Below are positions 19,458 to 26,543 of a stretch of DNA of 51,525 bases, piece by piece. A model generated the notes under the pieces. That model was not told the origin of the DNA and did not search any database. It saw only the letters and a program-made list of their open reading frames with translations. This DNA comes from Acholeplasmataceae bacterium. GTDB taxonomy: Bacteria; Bacillota_I; Bacilli_A; Acholeplasmatales; Acholeplasmataceae. The stretch covers positions 1-51,525 of the forward strand of contig JAAYXR010000074.1 in NCBI GenBank assembly GCA_012515785.1, given 5' to 3'. The position numbers and the translations under genes are program-made. Within the stretch, counting starts at the first letter, position 1. Each line of letters begins with the position of its first letter.

Positions 19458-20425
19458 AATTTTTCATCTAGCAAAGCTAAGGCAATCATATTTTCAACAA
19501 CAACTAACACTCTTCTGACATAAGCAACATCATGTCTTCCTTCAACTACCAATTCTTCAATTTGATTAGATTTGAAGTTATAAGTTAGTTGCGGAATAGA
19601 AATTGATGAAGGTGGTCTAAAAGAAACTCTAACAATTATCGCATTACCATTAGAGATACCGCCTGAGATTCCACCACTATTATTAGTTTTAGTTTTTCCG
19701 TCTTTATCAATAATCAAATCATTGAATTTGCTACCAAGTAAATTGGTTGAATCAAAACCAGCTCCAAATTCAATCCCTTTTGTCCCAGGGATTGATAAGA
19801 CTGTTTGGGCAATTTTAGCTGAAAGCCTTGAAAATAGTGGCCCGCCCAAACCAACTTCAACGTTTTTAACTTTTACTTCAACGATTCCTCCAACTGAGTC
19901 ACCTTTTTTCGAGACTTCTTTTAAATAGTTATCTAACTTTGAAATATCAGTTAAAGTCCCAACTTGAACTAACTTAGATTCAAATTCATAGTTTAATGCT
20001 TGTTTGCAAAGATTACCAGCTACTATCATTGGTAGTGTCATTCTTCCTGAGAAAATACTAGAACCATAAATCATCTTTTCATCTTTATATTTTTCTCTTA
20101 TGACATAGTCAACATGTCCTGGTCTTGGATGATCATAAAAAATAGAGTAGTCTTTTTTTCTAATATTCTCATTTTTAAAATGAATTTCTATTGCATCTCC
20201 TGTAGTTTGATTATTTTCAAATCCAGAAATTATTATTAGTTCGTCTTTTTCAGTTCTTGGTGTCGTTCCTAAACTAGTAGGTTTTCTTCTTTTGATATCT
20301 GCTAAAACTTTTGAAAAATCAATTTCTGTTTTAGGAAAGCCTAAAAGTTTAAACCCGAAAATAGGTTCATGCGAACCACCAAAAATTTCAAGATTTAGTT
20401 TTTTACCTTGGAAAATACTATTCAT
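19454..20425 (-). CDS. aroC: Chorismate synthase (short, 323 aa)
   Basis: GGSHEP, RPGHVDY and GGISGGISNG motifs. 4-nt overlap with recG and 8-nt overlap with the upstream fusion gene. Confidence 0.9.
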   Translation of the reverse strand: MNSIFQGKKLNLEIFGGSHEPIFGFKLLGFPKTEIDFSKVLADIKRRKPTSLGTTPRTEKDELIIISGFENNQTTGDAIEIHFKNENIRKKDYSIFYDHPRPGHVDYVIREKYKDEKMIYGSSIFSGRMTLPMIVAGNLCKQALNYEFESKLVQVGTLTDISKLDNYLKEVSKKGDSVGGIVEVKVKNVEVGLGGPLFSRLSAKIAQTVLSIPGTKGIEFGAGFDSTNLLGSKFNDLIIDKDGKTKTNNSGGISGGISNGNAIIVRVSFRPPSSISIPQLTYNFKSNQIEELVVEGRHDVAYVRRVLVVVENMIALALLDEKL

Positions 20426-22712
20426 TTAATTCCTTCTTTATTTGATCAACTAATGCTTTAGAGATAACAACTTTTTTATCAAAAACTTGATTAAAACTAG
20501 CAATTCCTTGAACAATTAGCATCTCTTTTCCGTTTAATCCGGCTTTAGCATATTTTACTAATTTTGTTGGATCAGGATTATAAATAACATCAAAAACATA
20601 TACTGCCTTTTCCACTTCATCAAGTCCAACTGGCATCTCATTTATATTTGGATACATCCCCACTGGAGTTGTATTTATTAAAATATAGTGTTTAAAATTC
20701 GTTAAATCATCATATGAAATTACGTTTTCAAGTTGAGTTTTTCTCTCTGGATAACGACTTACAAATTTATATTCTAACATCATTCCATCTAATACTCTCG
20801 CTACTGTTTGGGCTGTTGCTCCAGTACCAAGGATTAAAATTGGGTATCTTTGAAGATTGATATCCATTTGTTTAATTGAATATACGATACCATCATAGTC
20901 GACATTATCACCAATTAATTGACCATTTCTCATATAAACTAAATTTACTACACCAGTAAAATGAGCTTTATTAGTTAAAATGTCTAAATGCTTAATAACT
21001 TCTTTTTTGTATGGCTTCGTAATATTGAATGCTTTATATTCGTGCTTTCTTAATAAATCTAAGGCATTTTTTAATTCCTGCTCATCTTTAATTTCTAAAA
21101 GTGAATAATCATATTTAAAATCATTTAACCTACCAATAATATGATGTAATTTTGGAGAAATGCTGTGAGATAGCCCCTTACCAAGAAGTGCCATTTTTGG
21201 GACACCTTCTTGAAGTTGATAACTAATATCTAAAACTTTAGAATAAAATTCTATATACTCTCTTTCAATTGATTTATCACCTAACATATCAAGATGACGT
21301 GCAATTTGTTTAGCTTCATATTCTTTATCAACTATTGGTAAATTAAGTTCTTTCTTTACATTACTAATTAGTAACACGTGCTCTGATCTTTGTTTAAAGA
21401 GTTCAATCATTTGTTTGTCAATATTGATAATATCTTCTCTTAATTTTTCAATACTTTTCATCTCAATTTTCCCCCCTAAATTATTAATATCTTCTAAGAA
21501 GTTTGGATATGACTTAGTAATCATATCAACATTTTTCATTAAATAACTATGTCCAGTAGCTAACGCTAGTACAGTAAATGCCATAATAACTCGGTGATCA
21601 TTTGCACCATCTAGCATCGCAATATTTCTTTCTTCCTTATTTCCATAAATTGAAATATGTCTACTTGTTGTTTCATATTTAATTCCGAGTTTATCAAAAT
21701 TATCAGTCAATGATTTAACACGATCTGATTCTTTATGTCTTAAATTTTGTATGTTAATTATTTTGGTTTCACCATCAATAAATGAGGCGAAAACGGCTAT
21801 AGGAAGAAATAAATCCGGATTATTAATCACATCTATCTTAGCGGGTTTAAGACTATTAGAAACAACTTTAAGTAGATCTTTCTCCCAAACTAACTCAATT
21901 CCAAATTGGTTTAAAAAACTAATTATTTGATAATCCCCTTGAAGTGATTCTTTTGGTAATCCTTTAATATTAATATTGAATCCTAGTGCTGCTAATACTA
22001 AGTAAAATGCTGATTGCGAATAATCTCCTTCAACTATATATTTACGTTCTTTGAAAAGTAATTCTTCTTCAATGACTATTAAATTCCCTTTTAATCTAAC
22101 TTTATTATTACTAAAATAATTTATCATGTCAATAGTCATTTCCAAATATGGTTTGGAAACCATTTCATTTTCAATGATAATTGTTGAAGGTTTTTTTAAT
22201 GTTGATAGAGCAAGCGTAAGACCACTTGCAAATTGTGAACTAATATGGCCTTCGATTTCGTATTGCCCAGCTTCTAATTTCCCACTTACATGATAAATGT
22301 CATCTATTGATTCGTATTTTATATTATATTTGTCGAAAAATTTATCAAAAGTTTCAAAGGGTCTTATTAATAAGTCTTTATTTCCAGTAATCTTAAACTC
22401 TTGAAATTTAACTAGAAAGATAAAAACTAGCATCCTAAAGGCAGTTGCTCCTGATTTCATATGGAAAACATCTTTATTATTCATAAATGTATTTCCAGTA
22501 ATTAACAAGTAATTATCTTTTTCGATAATTTCAATTCCAGCAAGTCTTAGGGCTTCTATTACCGCTATGGTATCATCACATACTAAATAATTATCAATTT
22601 TGGATGTCCCAGAAATAAGACTTGCCGCAATAATTGATCTTATCGTTAATGATTTAGATGGTGGAATTGTCACTATCCCCGATAAATTACTTTTCCGTAT
22701 TAACCAGTGCAT
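20418..22712 (-). CDS. aroA: Trifunctional fusion: EPSP synthase (aa 1-418) + AroQ-type chorismate mutase (aa 419-503) + shikimate dehydrogenase (aa 504-764)
   Basis: N-terminal part: IPPSKSLTIRS ... KESDR ... DHRVIMAF (EPSPS). Middle: IEKLREDIINIDKQMIELFKQRSEHVLLISNVKKELNLPIVDKEYEAKQI (CM_2). C-terminal part: GKGLSHSISPKLHH, NITKPYK, GDNVDYDG, LGTGATA (AroE). Approximate nt boundaries are 21459 and 21204. Confidence 0.85.
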   Translation of the reverse strand: MHWLIRKSNLSGIVTIPPSKSLTIRSIIAASLISGTSKIDNYLVCDDTIAVIEALRLAGIEIIEKDNYLLITGNTFMNNKDVFHMKSGATAFRMLVFIFLVKFQEFKITGNKDLLIRPFETFDKFFDKYNIKYESIDDIYHVSGKLEAGQYEIEGHISSQFASGLTLALSTLKKPSTIIIENEMVSKPYLEMTIDMINYFSNNKVRLKGNLIVIEEELLFKERKYIVEGDYSQSAFYLVLAALGFNINIKGLPKESLQGDYQIISFLNQFGIELVWEKDLLKVVSNSLKPAKIDVINNPDLFLPIAVFASFIDGETKIINIQNLRHKESDRVKSLTDNFDKLGIKYETTSRHISIYGNKEERNIAMLDGANDHRVIMAFTVLALATGHSYLMKNVDMITKSYPNFLEDINNLGGKIEMKSIEKLREDIINIDKQMIELFKQRSEHVLLISNVKKELNLPIVDKEYEAKQIARHLDMLGDKSIEREYIEFYSKVLDISYQLQEGVPKMALLGKGLSHSISPKLHHIIGRLNDFKYDYSLLEIKDEQELKNALDLLRKHEYKAFNITKPYKKEVIKHLDILTNKAHFTGVVNLVYMRNGQLIGDNVDYDGIVYSIKQMDINLQRYPILILGTGATAQTVARVLDGMMLEYKFVSRYPERKTQLENVISYDDLTNFKHYILINTTPVGMYPNINEMPVGLDEVEKAVYVFDVIYNPDPTKLVKYAKAGLNGKEMLIVQGIASFNQVFDKKVVISKALVDQIKKELNE

Positions 22713-23715
22713 CTTTTAATTTACTCCAACTTATAGTTTCTATTTTAGGTTTCAAAACATCTTCTAAAAAGACAAATCTAATTCCATCAGATTTACCTTT
22801 TTTATCCATGAATAAATATTTTTCATATTTTTTATATTTTAAATTAGGAACTTTATAACCAATTTTTTGAAGAAATTCATTTAAATCATCTAATAATTTA
22901 TGATTGGTCAATCCTAAATAAATACCCACTTCTAGCGCTTTAATCATTCCAAAAATTACTGCTTCACCATGTGAGATTTCAAAATTAGTTGCGGCTTCTA
23001 CCGCATGACCAATAGTGTGGCCAAAATTTAATGTATTACGAATTGATTTGTCAAAATAGTCTTCGATGACATATTTTTTCTTAATTTCAATGGCTCTTGA
23101 AATTAAATCCGGACTATAATTTACATCGCCTAAATCTAATTCGTGTAAAATTTCAACATCGCCAATTAATCCTGTTTTAATTAATTCCCCATAACCATTT
23201 AAAATTTCTTTTTTTTGTAAAGTGTCTAAATATTTTGTTTCACAAATTACTATCATTGGATCATAAAATGTTCCCACAATATTTTTATATTGCTCGTAAT
23301 TAACTGCTGTTTTACCGCCAATTGAACTATCAATTTGACTAATTATCGTTGTTGGAATGTGAATTAAGTTTATCCCGCGCATATAAATTGAAGCGACAAA
23401 CCCAGTAATATCAGTAACGACACCACCACCAAAAGCGATTAATAAATCATTTCTTTTAGCGCCATTTTTTATTAAAAAATCAATTATATTAAATGCATTT
23501 TCACTTGTTTTTGAATAATCTCCATCAACTAAGACATACCAAAAAATATCTCTATTTGTTACTTTTCTCTCTAAAGTATCTTTATATAAAAAATAGACAT
23601 TTTCATCAGTAACAACGAATAATTTACTTTCTTGGTAATCACCCAAAAAACGATCATAATTTTCAAATGACCGATCAATATAAATATTATATTTTGGCAA
23701 ACTTATAATTTTCAT
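22687..23715 (-). CDS. aroB: 3-dehydroquinate synthase
   Basis: GGGVVTDITGF nucleotide-binding loop and metal ligands HTIGHAVE...HGEAV. 342 aa. Confidence 0.9.
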   Translation of the reverse strand: MKIISLPKYNIYIDRSFENYDRFLGDYQESKLFVVTDENVYFLYKDTLERKVTNRDIFWYVLVDGDYSKTSENAFNIIDFLIKNGAKRNDLLIAFGGGVVTDITGFVASIYMRGINLIHIPTTIISQIDSSIGGKTAVNYEQYKNIVGTFYDPMIVICETKYLDTLQKKEILNGYGELIKTGLIGDVEILHELDLGDVNYSPDLISRAIEIKKKYVIEDYFDKSIRNTLNFGHTIGHAVEAATNFEISHGEAVIFGMIKALEVGIYLGLTNHKLLDDLNEFLQKIGYKVPNLKYKKYEKYLFMDKKGKSDGIRFVFLEDVLKPKIETISWSKLKDALVNTEK

Positions 23716-24494
23716 AATGATTTAACTAATTCTTCGTATTCTTTAAAATCTATCGTTTGAAAACCATCACTTAATGCCACGTCTGGATTTTCATGAATTT
23801 CAATAATCGCTCCATCAAGGGATAGAAATTTTGCTACCTTAGTAAAATCACTAACCATATCCGCTCTACCAGTTCCATGAGAAGGATCAATTATTACTGG
23901 TAAATGCGATAATTTTTTTGCAGCTAAAGCGGCTGATAAATCCAACGTATTTCTAGTATATGTTTCAAAAGTGGTGCTACCACGTTCGCATAAAATAATT
24001 TGGTCATTGCCACCATTTAAAATATATTCAGCGGCTAATAGCCATTCTTCAATTGTAGCTGATGGTCCTCTTTTTAAAAGAATTGGCTTTTTAATTTTTC
24101 CAAGTTCCTTAAGCATTGGATAATTATCCATATTTCGTGCTCCAACTTGAATAATATCGATTTTTTCAATAAATAATTCGAGTTCACAAATACTTGGAAT
24201 CTCAGAAACGGTAACTAAATTATATTTCTTACCAATTTCATATAGAAGCTCTACCCCTTCTTTTCCTAACCCTTGGAAATTATAAGGAGATGTTCTTAAC
24301 TTAAATGTACCGCCACGTAATAACTTACCACCATTTTTAACGATAAGTTGGGCCGTTTTTTCTAGTGATTTGCGATCTTCAATTGAACAAGGCCCGGCAA
24401 TTAAATTAAAAGAACCGTCATTGAAAGTAACATTTTTTACTTTAACAATAGTTTTTTGACCATCATGTTTTTTATATACCTTTAAATCTTTCAT
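23712..24494 (-). CDS. DAHP synthase, type I-beta (unfused)
   Basis: LIAGPCSIE motif of the I-beta DAHPS/KDO8PS family and IIDPSHG. First gene of the aro operon, which favours DAHPS over KDO8PS. Confidence 0.85.
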   Translation of the reverse strand: MKDLKVYKKHDGQKTIVKVKNVTFNDGSFNLIAGPCSIEDRKSLEKTAQLIVKNGGKLLRGGTFKLRTSPYNFQGLGKEGVELLYEIGKKYNLVTVSEIPSICELELFIEKIDIIQVGARNMDNYPMLKELGKIKKPILLKRGPSATIEEWLLAAEYILNGGNDQIILCERGSTTFETYTRNTLDLSAALAAKKLSHLPVIIDPSHGTGRADMVSDFTKVAKFLSLDGAIIEIHENPDVALSDGFQTIDFKEYEELVKSL

Positions 24495-24515
24495 CTTATG
24501 TCCTTTCTATTTAGT

Positions 24516-24538
24516 AAAAAAGGTCCGGAGACCTTTTT
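24516..24538 (-). terminator. Intrinsic terminator after mscL
   Basis: AAAAAGGTC (24516..24524) pairs with GACCTTTTT (24530..24538). The minus-strand reading gives the stem followed by U6. It lies only about 20 nt upstream of the DAHPS start. Confidence 0.75.
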
Positions 24539-24576
24539 AAACTCAAGTGCCAATTCGAGTGGATTTAGATTTGAGT

Positions 24577-25116
24577 CTATTTTTTCCCCTTATTTAAATC
24601 TTTTAATTGGTCTCTAATTTCTGTAAGCAATAGAATATCTTCTGGAATAACAGGTTCTGCAGGTGCTTCTGGTTCTTTTTCAGCTTCTTCAGCAGCTTTT
24701 AAGGCCGCCTCTTCCGCTAAACGTCTTTCTTCAGCTCGCTTTTGAATTCCTTTAATAACTACTACAACTACTACATATAAGAAGAATGCAATAATTAAAA
24801 AGTTAACAACTGATTGAATGAATTTACCATAAGCAATAATTGTCGCACCTTCTGCAGCCGCTTGAGTAATTGCATCAGCATAAGTTAAAGTTGAGTAATC
24901 ACTAACGCCTCTGATAACACCATACATGTTTTCAAATGATGCTTTTCCAAAAATCCCAGCAATAAGTGGCATAATAATATCATTAACCATTGATGCTACG
25001 ATTGCACCAAATGCGCCCCCAATGATAACCCCAACTGCCATATCTAATACGTTACCTCTAGAAATGAATTCTTTAAATCCTTGGAAAAATCCTTTTTTGT
25101 CTTTTTTATTAGCCAT
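24577..25116 (-). CDS. mscL: Large-conductance mechanosensitive channel
   Basis: FKEFISRGNVLDMAVGVIIGGAFGAIV and a C-terminal ILLLTEIRDQLK, matching the E. coli MscL tail motif. Start set at MANKKDKKG (ATG 25116) behind GGAGGA. Confidence 0.95.
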   Translation of the reverse strand: MANKKDKKGFFQGFKEFISRGNVLDMAVGVIIGGAFGAIVASMVNDIIMPLIAGIFGKASFENMYGVIRGVSDYSTLTYADAITQAAAEGATIIAYGKFIQSVVNFLIIAFFLYVVVVVVIKGIQKRAEERRLAEEAALKAAEEAEKEPEAPAEPVIPEDILLLTEIRDQLKDLNKGKK

Positions 25117-25200
25117 TTTGTTTTTCCTCCTTCTCATAGAAATATTTTATCATTTTTATATTATAATTTCATTAAAATATAACAATTTTCAAACAAAACT

Positions 25201-25623
25201 TTATTTATGATACGGTTTATTAAGCAAAATTGATTCAGCTCGATAAATTTGTTCAACTAAAATTAATCTAAATAATTCGTGCGGAAAGGTAAAATCAGAA
25301 AAACTTAATCGTTCATTAGCTCTATTTTTAACTTCATCGCTTAATCCCAAAGATCCACCTATTAAGAAAACGATGTCGTTGCCATTTAGTTTTAATTCCT
25401 CTAACTTTTTAGAAAAAGATTCGCTATCATATTTCATACCTTTAATATCTAAGGCAATAACGTAATCTCTCTCACTAATCTTAGCTAAAATATCTTTTCC
25501 TTCTTTCTCAATATTAGATTGCCTAACTTCTATAATGTCTAATTTTGAGATTTGTTTTTTGTAAAAATCGATACCATCTAAGAAATATTTCTTTTTAATT
25601 TTTCCAACAGCAATTATTTTCAT
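25201..25623 (-). CDS. rlmH: 23S rRNA (pseudouridine1915-N3)-methyltransferase
   Basis: SPOUT fold, 140 aa, FLIGGSLG motif, typical C-terminus NKPYHK. Confidence 0.9.
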   Translation of the reverse strand: MKIIAVGKIKKKYFLDGIDFYKKQISKLDIIEVRQSNIEKEGKDILAKISERDYVIALDIKGMKYDSESFSKKLEELKLNGNDIVFLIGGSLGLSDEVKNRANERLSFSDFTFPHELFRLILVEQIYRAESILLNKPYHK

Positions 25624-26393
25624 ATCTTAATAACCTTACTTGATTCTTGCGATGTATAAATCAACTTTACTTTAAACGGATCATCAAAATTCTTAACGCA
25701 AGCCATCTCAATTTTTTCTTCAGTATTACAATCTTCTGATATGTGTGCAACCGCCCAAATAGGACGTTTACTTTGAATTACTTCATTTAAGATTTTAGTT
25801 GCTTCATTATTAGATAAATGTCCTCTTTCACCTAAAATCCTCATTTTTAAATGGTGCGGACGTTTATGAGTTTGCATTAGCATTAATTCATCGTGATTAG
25901 CCTCTAAATAGTAAAAATCAGCGTCTTTTATTACTTTAAAGTAGTCTTTATGGATATAACCAGTATCGGTGATAAAAACGGCTTTTTTGCCGTTAGATTT
26001 CGCTACCACACCAATTGGTTCATTAGCATCATGACTAATTAACATTGGATAAATTTCAAAATCATTAATTTTAAAAGATATTTCTGGTTCAATAAAAGTA
26101 TAATTTTCAATTGCTTCTTTGGTTTCTTTATCTAACCCATCCATCGTTCCTTTAGTCAAATATACTTTAACATGAGGATGATTATTTAAAAACACTCGTA
26201 ATCCACTTGAGTGATCTTTATGTTCATGAGTTAAAATAATAGCATCAATTGATTCTAATTCAATTTTATATTTTTCAAACTTTTTCTTAGTTCGGGTAAA
26301 AGATATTCCTACATCTATTAATAAGTGGCTATTGCCACTAATTAATGAAACAATATTTCCTTTTGAACCACTAGCAAGTACTCTAATTTCCAT
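25620..26393 (-). CDS. MBL-fold metallo-hydrolase, YycJ/WalJ-like
   Basis: THEHKDH metal motif and an N-terminus VLASGSKGN like B. subtilis YycJ. Lies upstream of rlmH, as in Bacillus. Confidence 0.85.
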   Translation of the reverse strand: MEIRVLASGSKGNIVSLISGNSHLLIDVGISFTRTKKKFEKYKIELESIDAIILTHEHKDHSSGLRVFLNNHPHVKVYLTKGTMDGLDKETKEAIENYTFIEPEISFKINDFEIYPMLISHDANEPIGVVAKSNGKKAVFITDTGYIHKDYFKVIKDADFYYLEANHDELMLMQTHKRPHHLKMRILGERGHLSNNEATKILNEVIQSKRPIWAVAHISEDCNTEEKIEMACVKNFDDPFKVKLIYTSQESSKVIKI

Positions 26394-26543
26394 GTTTTCA
26401 CCATTAATATTTTATCATAGTATTAATAAATACTAAATAATAGTGGTTTAATTAACTTTTGATTTGCTTTTATATAATAAAAATGATAATATTATTTATG
26501 CTTGTATTATTTTTATGAAATAACTTAAGGAGTGAAAAATATT

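Noticed and set aside
26433-26450. 7-4-7 palindrome TAGTATT-AATA-AATACTA in the yycJ-like / PrsA-like divergent region.
   Set aside because: It is a short palindrome made almost entirely of A/T. Several such sequences are expected by chance per 50 kb, and it has no positional link to a recognisable -10/-35 pair.
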